Positions 37,826-52,003 of a stretch of DNA of 64,000 nucleotides are shown here, piece after piece. Numbering within the stretch: position 1 is the first letter of the stretch; each line of letters opens with the position of its first letter. Below the pieces are notes generated by a model. That model made no database searches and was not told the origin of the DNA. It saw only the letters and a list, made by a program, of their open reading frames with translations. The DNA is taken from contig OX597818.1 in assembly GCA_951406725.2 (NCBI GenBank), positions 115,444,001-115,508,000 on the forward strand, written 5' to 3'. The stretch comes from Octopus vulgaris. Lineage: Eukaryota. The translations under genes and the position numbers were made by a program.

Positions 37826-38200
37826 CTTATCCGCTCAGTCAAAGTTGATTCAATTACTCGATGGATCAGTGTTCTCCAGCCAGTTCTATCCTGGGTTGCT
37901 TCTTTCAGATTGGCTATGGCCATTCCCGTGTCACTCTTGATGGTGTCAAGCCAGCAGGTTCTTGGTCGGCCTCTTCCTCTCTTGCCACTGACCATTCCGA
38001 GTATGATGTCCTTCTCCAGGGATTTTCTCTGCATAATATGACCAAAATATGCCAATCTATGCTTGGTGATCCTAGCTTCTAGCGACAGTTTCGGCTTGAT
38101 CTGGTTAAGAACTTCTCCATTGGTAAGCCTCGCTATCCATGGAATCCATAAAAGTCTTCTCCAACACCAAAGCTCGAATGCATTAATTCTCTTCTGGTAG
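37826..38200 (-). mobile_element. RTE-clade LINE 3' end
   Basis: AFELWCWRRLLWIPW...LAYFGHIMQR..LEKDIILGMVSGKRGRGRPR...W; (GA)n tail. Confidence 0.85.
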
Positions 38201-38768
38201 GGCAACTTATATACCAAAACAACTTTGGAGGAACAAAAATTTCATGTGTAAAGCAGTGGAATCAGAAAAGATAGTGATGTTGTTTTAACACTACAGTATA
38301 TGCTTACGCTATATATAGGCATGGTTGTGTGGTAAAAAGTTTGTTTCTCAACCACATGGTTCTAGGTTCAGTCCCATTGTGTGGTACTCTGGACAAGTGT
38401 CTCCTATAATAGCCTAAGGCCAACCAAAGCCATGTGAATGGATTTGGTAGACAGAAACTCAAAGGAGCCTGTCATAACTGTGTGTATGTGTGTCCTACCA
38501 TCACTTGACAACTGGTGATGTTGTTTCTATGTTCCTGTAACTTAGCAGTTCAGCGAAAGAGTTTGATAAAACGAATCCCAGGCTTTAACACTTCATTTTA
38601 TGCTGGTGCAGTCCACTCAGCTGTAAATGAGTGGACCTGGGATAGACTGACATCCTATTCGGGTGAAATGTTGGCCTGCCCACCAAGCTGGCATTATTTA
38701 AAAGCTACAAGGTGAGGAAGCATATTATAACCAGTGGTGTATAAACACAACCAGTAGTCCAGTCAATA

Positions 38769-38806
<38 letters not shown>

Positions 38807-39661
38807 TCAATTAAATTAATATATATTAAATAAGGGTAGAAATTGATATTAATCAATTAAAACCAGTGGCCTAGCATATTTTTAAAAAATCCGAAGATTA
38901 AAAATTTTTTTACATACAAAATTTAGAGGACTGATGACTAAAAAAATGGACAGCCTATATGCTAGATATAGACGTCAAAATCGCCATTTTCCACATAGAA
39001 TGTGTTCTCAAGAAAAAAACTTGGCAAAAAACCAAAGTGTAAAAATAAGCAAGACAAATGAAAATAAACGAAATATTTGTCTTGCTTATTTGTCTTGAGA
39101 ACACATTCTTCGTGGAAAATGGTGATTTGACGTCTATATCTAGCATATAGGTTGTCCACTTTTAGTGGTCATTCCTCTAAATTTTGTACATATATATATA
39201 TAGTGTATATGTATACACATATAGGTGCGCATGTGTGTGTGTGTGTGTGCATGCGCTTGTTATTCACTCACTGGGTATGTAAGAAGGGACAGTACTCTCA
39301 GACTTCGTAGATTCTCTAAGATCAGTGAGGTTGGTGCCAACTATTCTCTGCTGAAACTGTTGCAAGTGAACATCAACAGGGAGATGTCACAGGGACAATA
39401 TTTTAGAAGGGAAACGCTGGGCGTAGATACAAACACGGGTGATGAAGGAGGGGAGAGATGAGTATGTCAGAGGTATTATAAGATTAACCAGCTCCAAGAA
39501 AGAAAGGTGATTATATACATTATTTACATTTGATGGATATTTGTCCTCATATTAAATCTTAGAGCAACACATCGTGACGTATATTGGCCATTTAAATATG
39601 GCTAACCCCTATTTGGGGCTACAAACTACAGTAGCATCCACCCTTAGGGGTTAGCCATATT

Positions 39662-39959
39662 TAAATGGCAAATATATATGTCCTCATATTGTTTGTTGTT
39701 AACACAACGTTTTGGCTGATATACCCTTCAGCCTTCATCAGGTGTCTTGGGGAAATTTCCAACCTGGGTTCTCATTCCTAAGATATTTTTCGATGTTATT
39801 ATCATTATTATTATTATTATTATTAAGGTCACTGCTTGGAACTGAACTCGGAATCTTGGGGGATAGTAGCCAGCGCTCTTAACCACTACACCATATGCCC
39901 GAGGTTAAGAGCACAGGCTACTAACCCCACGATTCTGAGTTCGATTCCAAGCAGTGACC

Positions 39960-40013
<54 letters not shown>

Positions 40014-40145
40014 TCGAAAAATACCTTAGGAATGAGAATCCGGGTTGAAAATTTCCCCAAGACACCTGATGAAGGCTGAAGGGTATATCAGCCAAAACGT
40101 TGTGTTAACAACAAACAATATGAGGACATATATATTTGCCATTTA
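39662..40145. mobile_element. H1 element, head-to-head palindromic pair
   Basis: Minus copy to 39900, plus copy from 39903. Confidence 0.85.
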
Positions 40146-41234
40146 TTTTGTAAAACCATTAAATGTTGGCTGCATAGAAAAATTCCACTGCTTTCAAAAT
40201 GATTTAAAAGACATAATATTTGTGGTTTCCATTTACCAGGGAGTTAAAAGTTTATAGCTTCAGTAACAATGCCAAGCCATTCACATGATAACGAAATAGT
40301 TGTCTTCAAATTGGTAATTCTACTGACACTGTTCCTCTACAGCTGATATTATCTCTTACTTTCTCAACTAAAATCCAATTTATGTTGTCTGGATTATAGA
40401 TTAACCAATGAGGCAGAAAACAACTTCAAAAGTGAATAATATATTTTTGTTAACAAAAGACAAAATGGATGTAAGTTGTAAAATTTTTTTTTTGTAAGTT
40501 TTTAGCTTAGTCTTAATTTTGAGTTTCTTTTTAATTCGTAGCAGCTAATGTGCACATGAGAAGAGATTCCAGCTGATCTCAGAGATAGCGCCATTGTTAC
40601 AATCTGAATGGAGACAAATTAGATTGTGGCACTTACAAAGGAATTTCATGCTTATCTGTTATTGGAAAAGTTCTGTCTAGAATCTAGTTCAACCAACCCA
40701 ACATACCTATATTTTTACTAACCACAAGGGGCTAAACACAGAGGAGACAAACAAGGACAGACAAACGGATTAAGTCGATTACATCGACCCCAGTGCGTAA
40801 CTGGTACTTAATTTATCGACCCCGAAAGGATGAAAGGCAAAGTCGACCTCAGCGGAATTTGAACTCAGAACGAAACAGCAGACGAAATACTGCTAAGCAT
40901 TTCACCTGGCGTGCTAACAATTCTGCCAGCTCGCCGCCTTCAACCAACCCAACATACCATTAGAGACACACCATCATTGTCATCATCATTTATCCTGTTA
41001 TCTTACAGAACAGTTAGCGTGACTTCAATAGAAGACTTACAGAACAAACAAACAGTTACCAACACTTTTACCGATGCTTATGTAAGCTGCCCCACCCTAC
41101 CCCCAATAAGTAGGGACCCAGTCCAATCACTCAAATACATGGAGAGATGGTGCAAAATGTAGAGTTGCTTTACATATCTGGATAACTAAACTATTACAGA
41201 ATGTTGACACCGATGATGAAATCCAGCAATGACG

Positions 41235-42080
41235 TCTTCATCTTCCTCTTCTTCCTCTTCTTCATCTTCTTCTTCTTCTTCGTCTTCTCATTTTTCATCA
41301 TCATCTTCTTCTTCGTCTACTCATTTTTTATCATCACCTTCTTCTTCTTCTTCTTCTTCTACTTCTCCTCCTCCTCCAAAGAGACCAGACATGACTGGTC
41401 AGTTACCAAACTTGTCAACCAAATACGTAAATGCTGCAGAGGTCATCACAACCACATGCAGACACACAGAACTTAAATCTGGTGGACAATCGTCTTTGAA
41501 CCAAACAGATTGCCTACAGTCATAGCATCATCATAATCATGATCATAATAACCACTAGTGACAGTGGCAGTGATAGTAGTGCGGCTGCTGCTGCTGGTGT
41601 CTTCAGTATTGTAATTATGAGGATCATTGTCATCATCATCATCATCATCACTTTATTTCATAGCTAATCATGCTCATGATAATCGAAATTATCATCACAA
41701 TTGTCATCGTCATCACTGCGGTGTTACACTGATCAATAGCTGCTTCTATCATGAACACTGGCACCATTATTACCATCGTCAATATTATCGCATCACCATA
41801 ATTAATCTTATTAGCATCATAGCAATTATCATCACCATCATCATCATCATCATTCTGCTTGTCTTTAGTATCACCATCAACCTTAGCATCACCACCACCC
41901 CCATCATCATTATCAACAAGATTCTTGTTACCATGAATATCAGAATTGCCATCACCATCACTACCAACAAAATTCTAATCATCGTCATCGCTATGGACAA
42001 CATCATTCTTGTTATCATCAGTATCTTCATCAGTGGTTCTAATGCCATCACAACCATCATCATTTATCACTGCCATCATC
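41235..42080. repeat. (CTT)n tract followed by cryptic (CAT)n tract
   Basis: Seen directly. Confidence 0.8.
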
Positions 42081-42722
42081 AGAACCGTCCTTCTTTTTAA
42101 TTACCATTTTCCCAGTTGTTCTTTGTGTTTTGGTATCAGACAAGCCCCATACACTGGGCTGCTGACAAACTGATGAACCAGTTGATTACACACAAGTCTC
42201 ATTTCGTGTTCAAGAGAAAAATAACGAGCAAATCTGCATCAAAGAACAGCTTAATTCTTTAAAAACGAAATGTACGTTAGATTGTGAGATTCTTGTTAGA
42301 CAATAAGTTAGGATGGTTATGGTTAGACTGTCTTTGACCACAGGATTCTAACAACAGCAACAACAGCTCGTAGTCTTAATCATTCTCTTTACAGCTTTTC
42401 TACTGAATTATTAATGGTATCTCTCAGCTTAGAATCATGCAGTGGTATTCTTTTCTACAGGTAAAGGTGAGTAAAGAGGAGAATCAACTGAAGGAGCTCT
42501 TGGTCTTAAAATCAAAACTAGTTTTGATTTAAAGAGTCCTAAATAGCGTGAGGCATTTACATGTAGTAATGCCCTTAATATAAAAGATACACACACACAC
42601 ACACCAGCCCTAAATGTGAAGGATCTTCCTACATTCTTTCATTTCTCTCATTACACATGCCAGACAGTATTAATGCTAAGAAGAAAAGCAATCACATTTG
42701 CTCAGCGTTCAAATATACTGAC

Positions 42723-42869
42723 CTGTATATCTGGAGGTTTCAAGTGAATTTTTTCAGCAAACTGAGACAGAGTATGCTGTGACTCAAGGATGAAATAATT
42801 GGCATTGTCCTGGTGATAGATGCTGTTGATGACATCAAGGATATTACTACAGAGGTGAACTGAGGTGGC
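42723..42869 (-). CDS. WDFY3: WDFY3 exon 5 (ATSVHLC...DNANYFILESQHTLSQFAEKI...DIQ)
   Basis: TTTCAG/GTCAGT, phase 0/0, 147 nt. Confidence 0.93.
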
Positions 42870-43539
42870 CTGAAATTGGAGAAAGACATTTGTGAGTTAT
42901 GAACTGCAGAGCACCAAATACGAAATAGAATATTGTCTGTGTGTGTCTGTTGTAAATCAGGTAATATAAGATGAATCAACTGCTGGAAGCATCACTGGAT
43001 TAACCATTAAGCAAAATAAGCACGTGCTTAGAGCATCAGCACAAAAAAAAAAATCGCTTTAAATTTGTTAAAATAATATTTGGAATGCCTTATCTCTACA
43101 AAGTTTAGAAGCAGATGGGTTACATAAGATCAATTTTGAGGATCTGATTAAAGACTTTGCAATTAAAAAAGAGAAAGTTTTTCAAGTATAAACAAGAGCA
43201 CTCAGAGAGTGCAAATCTCTGCCAAGGCAACACCAACGTCCTCTCAACGATTAGCCAGAGATTATTTTTAAAATGAGATTATCTGAAATAAACTTGACTG
43301 CTCTAACAAACGAGAATACTAAAAATGAACCCTAACCGCTCTCAAAAATTAATTAAAAAAACATGAAAAATAGTACAGAATCTTTGTTCAGTACCGGATC
43401 GATCCCAAAATCTTATCAGTTCATGCCAGTCATGAGGCTGGATCTGGCTGGTTTGACCATAAAACAGGTAGAATATTTTGGCTGGATAGGGCCAGTTTAA
43501 ATGCTGAAGAGTTAATCCACTTTCAGTGTAGTTAATAAT

Positions 43540-44190
43540 TACAAGAGAGATATACCAGATAGTCAAAAGGGAGGCTGGGAGGCAGGTATACATAGCCAAG
43601 GGTGAAGCAGAAAAGAAGAAGTTTGCCAATGTCCAGAGACGTGAGGACCAAAGAACTGAAGTATTCTGGATTGCAAGACAATGTGTGAGAGAAAATTGTG
43701 ATGTCACAGAAGAGAAATGTGTCCGCATGGATGATGGTGCACTTGCTTTTAATGATGTGGAAAAGAAAGAGGCTTGGAGGAGCCATTATGAGAGACTGCT
43801 GAATGTGGAGAATGAGTGGGGGGAGGAGAGCCTGTCAAATGTTGATCCAGTAGAGGGACCAGCTATCCGAATAGACGCACCCTGGAAGATAAAGCAATTA
43901 AGGGTATGAAGCTAGGAAAAGCCCCCAACCCATCGGGAATCACTGCTGAGATGCTTAAAACATCTGGTGGTGTGGGCTATGGCCTAGTCACCCTTATTGT
44001 AAACCAGGTAGTTCATGATAGAGTCATACGCAATGACTAGCATAGCAGCATCATAGTCAACTGCTACAAGGGTAAAGGTGACGCTTTAGATAGAAATAAC
44101 TACAGGGGTCTCAAACTGCTGGATCAGGTAATGAGGTCATGGAGAGGGTCATAGCCCAACTAATTAGGGAGAGAGTCCGCTTAGATAAGC
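43540..44190 (+). mobile_element. RTE-like LINE ORF fragment, frameshifted, reaching the start of the RT
   Basis: EAWRSHYERLLNVENEW...GKAPNPSGITAEMLK...YKGKGDALDRNNYRGLKLL. Confidence 0.8.
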
Positions 44191-44747
44191 ATGGCTGCAG
44201 TCAAATGACTCAAGCAAATAAAAGAATATTAGCCTCCTTTGTTTTTTTTTCTTTAATAGCTTGATCATAGAAGCTTTCAGTATTTAACTCGTTCGCTACC
44301 ATATTTTTGTTGAAATAATACACAGCCTTTGTTTTAATTAATATTGAAAACAATAAAGAATTAAGCAAATTAATTTTGCCATTATTAAGCTGGTGTTTGA
44401 CACATAAATTACCGTTGGATTACTTTCAAACAAGGTCTATATCATAAAACCAGGGGCAGTCTCAGGTAGGTTGGCATCAAAAGGGTTAATGCTAATGCTA
44501 GAACACAGGAAACATGCCAGAAGCAGAGAAGAAAACCTGCAATCTTTTGGCACTGAGACCAAGCTTTTATTCGTCAAGCTGTGAAATGATTCATCATTAA
44601 GTTTTGTAAAAATAATACGAATATTGAGTAAAAATAATATAACTGCTGTTTTATTACAAGTTAATTTTGATGAAAGTTCAAGGTCACCCTTTTTCCTTAT
44701 AATCTTTGTTGTTTTGAATGGTTCATAGGTGTGTGCATGCATGAGCA

Positions 44748-44749
<2 letters not shown>

Positions 44750-44815
<66 letters not shown>

Positions 44816-45004
44816 AATATATATATATACACACACATATATATATATATATATGTATGCATATATATGACACACATGCAAACATGAATGTTTGTATGTA
44901 TGTTTATATATATATATATATACATACATACATACATACATACATACATACATACATACATACATACATACATACATACATACATACATACATACATACA
45001 TACA

Positions 45005-45035
<31 letters not shown>

Positions 45036-45152
45036 GTGTGTGTATATATATATATGACACACATGCAAACATGAATGTTTGTATGTATGTTTATGTTTAT
45101 ATATATATATATATACATACTCACACATCAACGTGTGTGTGTATGTGTGTGC
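44750..45152. repeat. Compound (GT)n/(AT)n/(ATAC)n microsatellite
   Basis: Seen directly. Confidence 0.92.
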
Positions 45153-45769
45153 ATATAGAGTGGTACTTTTCTTCTCTTTATACACATATAATAGATTTAT
45201 TTGGGACACTACCAGAATAGAATCTAAATACATGACCAAAACCAACGATAACAGTTTGGAACTGTTCCCATTAGTGACTAAGATAAATAAAGCAAGTATA
45301 TGGTTTGGTAAGGGAATTTAAAGACACTGTGTTTGAAGCACCAATGCAGGAATTATTCAGATTAAAGAAAGGATAATCAAACGGTGAGTCTGAACTGAGC
45401 CAACATCAATAGAAATTAATTGAAATTGCTTATGGAAAATGATTAGAAGTGGTTTAAGAAAAACCTACTTTGCTAAGTTATATATTCAGATTAGAAAATG
45501 AAGAAAGGAAAATTAATCAAGATCATAGGTGCAGGCATTGTTGTGTAGCAGAATCATTAGCAAGCCGGACAAAATGCTTAGTGGCATTTCATCTAGCGTT
45601 ACGTTCTGAGTTCAAATTCCACCGAGGTCGACTTTGCCTTTCATCCTTTCAAGGTGGTTAAATTAAGTACCAGTTACGCACTGGGGTCGATGTAATCGAC
45701 TTAATCCCTTTGTCTGTCTTTGTTTGTCTCCTCTATGTTTAGCTGCTTGTGGGCAATAAAGAAATAAGA

Positions 45770-46120
45770 AGCTTGCTTCCTAACCACATGGTCCTGGGTT
45801 CAGTCCCACTGTGTGGCACTTTGGGCAAGTGTCTTCTAGTATAGTTTCAGGCCGACCAAAGCTTTGTGAGTGGATTTGGTTGATTGAAACTGAAATAAAC
45901 CCAGGTGTGTGTGTGTGTGACCACCGCTTGAAAACCAGTGTTGGTGTGTTTATGTCCCTGCAACTTAGCAGTTTGGCAAAAGAGATCGACAGAATAAGTA
46001 CCAGGATTAAAAGAAAAAAAGCAAAAGATATAAGTATTAAGATTGATTCGTTCAACTAAAACTTCAAGGCAGTGCTCCAGCTTGGCCACAGTGTAATGAC
46101 AGAAACAAGTCAAAGATAAA
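45770..46120 (+). mobile_element. SINE family C (tRNA/CORE-like). Other copies near 31060, 38318, 52000, 59200, 63750
   Basis: aaccacatggt..gggttcagtcccactg..ggcac.ttgggcaagtgtcttcta. Confidence 0.75.
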
Positions 46121-49100
46121 AAAAAGATCTCTAAATGTTGTACTAAAGAAACACAAATATGGGAATTAGACCAAAGACAAGAATCAATGAAATACAGAAA
46201 GTAGAACTTACAGACAAAAGGAAAAAGATAATGAAACCTTATAAAATATTTGGTAAAGAATGAATTCTCAATCCAGTAACAATGGAAAACTAATAGAAAT
46301 GGTTACAGAACACAAAGAAATCAAAAGACAGTTTTCTGTCTTAAAGAATCCATTGAATACCAAACAGAAACTGAAGTGGAACTCTTCTGGGAGAAATTGT
46401 GAAACACATGGAAAGCTAAGCTAAAAATAAAACTACAAAATGCCATGATTATAAGACAGCAAGAAAAGTCTCTAAATAACCAATGTCTGAAGAACTGGAT
46501 AAGGTGAAAATAGATAAAGAAGAATAGCAGAACTTGTTGAGTTGAGAAATGCTTCACTGAAGGTTGAGGCTGAAGAATGAAAACCTTCCTAACAGAAATC
46601 ATCAAAAGCATGAAGTGAAATATATTGGTTTCAAATTTTAGCACAAGGCATGCAAAAAATGGTGGCAGAGCAACCCTCACCATGGATTCAGCTGATAGCC
46701 AGATCCATCCTATATAGAATAACATTGATTTGACATAAGTCCACCAGTAAGCAATGCTCAGACCTTGAATTGATACAAGTGCAGAACAGTTTCAAGACAT
46801 GAATCTCAGACAAGCTTCACTACCAATGTTGTAGTGTCTGTAGTGTTCTCTTCACATCAACAGTACCTCCAATAGCATTGCTGGGTCAGGAGGGGATTTC
46901 TTAAAGTTTTCCATAGTGCCCAGACCAAAAGTTCTTTAGAATAGACTGTCTAAGTTGGTCCTAACCAACACCTAAAATATCTATGCGAATGTCATCACTC
47001 TTGCAGACCACAAACTTTCTATACAACGAATGGGTTGATGTGTCACTTGTCACACTGTCAAATAGGTACCAACCAGTGAGCATTTGTAAACATTCCAGAT
47101 ACCAAAAGCTCAATCTTAGTCATTGCATAATTCAAGACTGCATTTCCATCAAACAGATGAGCTGCAAGAAAACATGCCTCCTATACAGCTACAATACATT
47201 CTCAGCCTTCAGGAATCCTTACAGCAGTAGATGGACCTTTTAACAAGTGGACCGTGTCCCTTTGACAAGAAGCTGAAAAGCAGATGTTCAAATGTAATCA
47301 CATAAAATCTGGGGCCAGAAATAATAATAAATAACCTAGACAAGCCATCATTTCCAACAGGTCTGGCTTAAACAGGAATCTTAGCATCTTAGAAGAAAGA
47401 TTAATCTAGTATCATGTGTCTTGGTAGGGTCATTACGCCAAGAATAATAAACACATGCACTGGTTCAATATCACTCCTTTATTGTTAGTCAATTAGCTAA
47501 ATATCTAAACAACTAACTAATTGATTGTTTGTTTAATATGTTGGTTAAAGAATCAATCAAGTCTTTTGGCAGACTTTGAAGAGAGGGGGCATGTCATTGA
47601 TGAGGTTGCGAAGAGCGATAAAAAGACTGACAAACAACCAATTGTTTAACAAACATATTAAACACATGATCAATTAGTTAGTTATGAAGAAGTGATACTG
47701 AATCAGTGTGTGTTTTTATTATTATTATTGGCGTAATGACCTTTCCACAACACAAGATTTGCTTCAACACGAGAATTTACATCAAGAATCTTGCAAACCA
47801 AATACAAAAACGAAATTAATCTAATAACTTATAACATTAAAAAGCATAGATTTGCCTCTCCAGGTGCCAACTTGTAAACCTATTGCCATTTTCATGTTTA
47901 ATGTGTATTCTTGTTACTACCATATGTTCCTTCAAGATCATGCCAAAACTATAATTCCCACGGGATTCAACTGTGTTATACTGATATAATCTGCCATATG
48001 ATAATAAATAACCAATAATTATAAAAACAATTCTTAACATTGATCTGTAGAAGAAGAACAAGAAGAAAATACGGAAATATAAACAAAATGAAATCAATGA
48101 AGAAACTGATGAAATCTTTTAGGATATCTTCTTGGTTTCAGAGATTTTGCCAAATTAATTATTGTAATTACTGTTTCAATGGAGGCAGAAGAAAGGAAAG
48201 TATTACATCCTAGATTCAAGAACCTGTAAATTTGATGAAATTTCGAAAACATGCAAAGAGACATCGGAAATATGGCTGCTGAAATAATTCAAGAGGCTTG
48301 TTTATCAATTGTCATCGTTTAATGTCCATTTCCCATGCTGGCATGGGTTGGATGGTTTGACTAGGGACTGGCAAGCCAAGAGGCTGCCCCAGGCTCCAAT
48401 CTGATCTGGCAATGTTTCTACAGCTGGATGCCCTTCCTATAATGCCAACCATTCTGAGAGTGTAGTGGATGCTTTTTACATGCCACCAACACAGGAGCCA
48501 GTCAGGTGACACTGGCATCAGTTACATTTGGATGGTGCTTTTTATGTGCCACAAGCATGGGAGCCAGTCAGGAGGCACTGGCATCGGTCACGTTCAGATG
48601 GTACTTTTTACGTACTACCAGCACAGGAGCCATTCGGGACAGTGGGTGGGAGAGGGTCTTGCATCGACCACATTCAGATGGTGCCTTTTTTTACATGTCA
48701 CTGGCACAGTGATCCAGTCAGATGGCACTGGCATCAACCTTGGAGAATGAAAAGATTTTAGGGAGAAAATAGGACATGATATTCAAAGCTGTATATGATA
48801 CAGCAGTATAACCCTAGGTGGGTCTTAATTGTAAAGACCTATGATCAGTACCTTCTCATTTTCTTTTGCATAAACTCCTTTAATGGTGTCCCTTTTTGAG
48901 AGAATGAGTGATATATGTATGACTAAGAGAGTGTGTGTGTGTGTGTTGGCAGTAATATAGGGTATTGGTGACAGATGCTGTTCACATGAGAGTAGAGGGC
49001 TTCCACTTCACTCACGGCTGGAGTGTCACAGTTGAACAAGGATTTGAGTTCTAACTGTACCAGGCTATCCTGAACTGCAGATTGGCACAAACCAGCAGGG

Positions 49101-50252
49101 TTTTAGTAGGGAGTTTATTTTAGTATGGAGATGAATGACAACCTCTCTGGTGCTGGTGCTATGAAAAAATGTACTCAGTAATCCCTGTAAAGTGATTGAT
49201 GAATGAGCAGAGACAATATAGGGTTGAGATGATTGACAACTTCTCTCATGCTAAGAGAAAATGCCATCAGTACATTCTCTAAAATGGTTGGTAATAGGCA
49301 TCCAGTCATAGAGACAAAGCCAGAAATGGAACAGGAGTGAATCATGCTTGTCTGTCCTGTCTGGAAGGGAGGTAACTCCAAATAACGATTGCACTGGGAC
49401 AGCCTGCTCGAAATTTGACAAATATAAAATGATAAAATTCTTTTCTACCTTAGGCACAAGGGCCTGAAATTTTGGGGGAGGGCGCCAGTTGATTAGATCG
49501 ATCTCAGTAGGGAACTGGTACTTAATTTTTCAACCCCGAAAGGATGAACGGCAAAGTCGAACTTGGCAGAATTTGAACTCAGAATGTAAAGACAGACGAA
49601 ATACTTATTTCTTTACTACCCACAAGGGGCTAAACACAGAGAGGACAAACAAGGACAGACAAACGGATTAAGTCGATTACATCGACCCCAGTGCATAACT
49701 GGTACTTAATTTATCGACCCCAAAGGGATGAAAGGCAAAGTCGAACTTGGCAGAATTTGAACTCAGAATGTAAAGACGGACAAAATACTGCTAAGCATTT
49801 TGCCAGCATGCTAATGCTTGTGCCAGTTTGATGCCTTATAAAATGATAATATTAATGATGATACACACATATGCTCAGCTTCCATTTACCATATTTCACT
49901 ATGTTTTCCTCACAACATTTTCATCAGCTCAGGGTTATCTTAAACAGCATTTGCCAGAGGCACTAGGCAGAATGGGATTAAACCCAGAACCACACAGCTG
50001 CTGTGCCCATCAGTGTATGAATTGAGAGAGATTTGGTTCCTATTTTTAACTGAATGAGCAACCACTAACGAGCTGTCTTGGTGATTCAAAATAATTATAA
50101 GGAGAGCTGAACAATTCATGGGTAAATGCCTTCCATTGTATGAAGAATCTTTCTCCTCACATGCATCATTCTTTCACTGGCAGAATGTTCAGGAGAATCT
50201 AAAGGAAAATGAAAAACAGAAGTGGAGGTTTAAATAGATAAATGATATTTAC

Positions 50253-50308
50253 CTTAAGAAATACTGATTGGAGGACCTGGAAAGCTTGGATATTTCTCAC
50301 ACTAACAC
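50253..50308 (-). CDS. WDFY3: WDFY3 exon 4 (GVSVRNIQAFQVLQSVFLK)
   Basis: TTGCAG/GTAAAT, phase 1/0, 56 nt. Confidence 0.92.
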
Positions 50309-51962
50309 CTGCAAAGAAAATACAAGATTTCAATATTAGAAAATGAAAATGGCATGAAATGGCAAATAAGGAAATTTTACCCACAGAAGTTATTTTGATT
50401 ATTATCAGAATCCTCATCAATTAACAGCCACTTCCTATGCTCACATGGGTCAGACTGAATTTCTTGAGGCAGATTTTTTTTTTTACAGCTGGATGCCCTT
50501 CATGTCACCAACACTTGCCTGTTTCCAAATAACTTAATATTCCCCAAACCCAAACATGTTTTCATAGATTTTTATTTTAAATAATTTTATATTAGACCAA
50601 AGACAACTCTGACTGAGTAGACCTACGAACAAAGTTGTTATAGCCACCTCATTTTGCTCATTTTGTGTATACACACAAACATATATATTGTGTTGTGTCT
50701 GGGGTGATTCATTCTCTTTTGGTGCCTCATTATTTAACACACTCACCGGTAAAGCTTCCACTCATTTACTTATTTTTCTAAAGTTCTAATTCCGTCTTGC
50801 AACCTTTTCAATAGTCGTTGACTCTGTCCATTATCTGAGCTGCATTCTTTTTGTTTGTTTGTGTGCATGTGTGTGGGTCAGTGTGTTTGTGCATACACAT
50901 GCATGTATGTATGTATATGTGTGTGCATATGTATATATGTATGTTTGTGTATATGTATGCATTTGTATATATGTATGAATTCTGCATATTTATGTGTTTG
51001 TGTGTTTTTGTGTATGCATGTGTGTGTGTGTGTGTGTGCCTCTGCCTCCTTATGTGTGAGTGTGTGTATGGGTTTTTGTGACTATGTACTGTGTCTGTAT
51101 GTGTGGATTTGTGTATCCATATGTGTCTTACAAGATTCTTTATGTGAGTTCGTGTGTTGAAGCATATTTTGTTGTGTCTGGAGAGAGTCATTCTCAAATC
51201 CAAAAACGAAATATATATATACATATACTTTATTATTAAAGCTGCAAAAACATCACGAAAAAGTCTGCTACTCAGACTCAAATACTGAAGGTAGTCATCA
51301 TCATCATCATGTTAAACAATGATGATGATGATGATGATGACTCTACCTTCAGTATTTGAGTACTATTTTTCCCCACCTTGTCTCACATTTACGTGCTTCC
51401 TCTGGTGTATAGGGATACTTTGATGTAATATGTCTTTTCTTTAAAAGGCAGAAGTGTCTGAGTTCAGAGAATTAGCTGCTATTTCTAAAAAATTAAGTGA
51501 TCAGAGACAGGCACCTTCATTGAGCTGTATAATGTTGTTGTTATTATTTAGACTCAGAACAACCCTAAACAAGGAGACAGAGGCAGCAGTGGTGGTGGTG
51601 GTGGTTGTTAAAGAGGATCCAAATCTCAACATTTCTCTTTTTATTTTCAACACGAGAATTTGGGGGAAATTTGGTTGCTATTTCTAACAGGAAAAGCAAC
51701 AACATGCAAACCCTGTCATTGGTTGGAGTGGAAATATATGTTGCTAATAGAAGTGGTGATGCAATTTGTGAAACAATTACAACTATTCTGGGCTGGTTGT
51801 AAATATACACGAGGTCAATGCAATAACACAAACACCAATGGAAACTAATGTTATTCATACAAAATATTTTTAATTAGGTTCTTACTGATTATGTTCGAGA
51901 TGAATGAATGGAATGCATCAGCTGGTGGATGTAGTATTAACTGTGCAACTAGCTGCATGTTA

Positions 51963-52003
<41 letters not shown>

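Noticed and set aside
44437-45245. Long ORFs such as the 211-aa YVCM repeat, and similar ORFs at 15027, 33420, 34929, 41229, 41627, 50808, 59711
   Set aside because: Translations of microsatellites with no coding signal.
46150-47330. Possible old LINE or nested gene in an A-rich stretch
   Set aside because: No recognisable motif or continuous frame; cannot be supported by eye.
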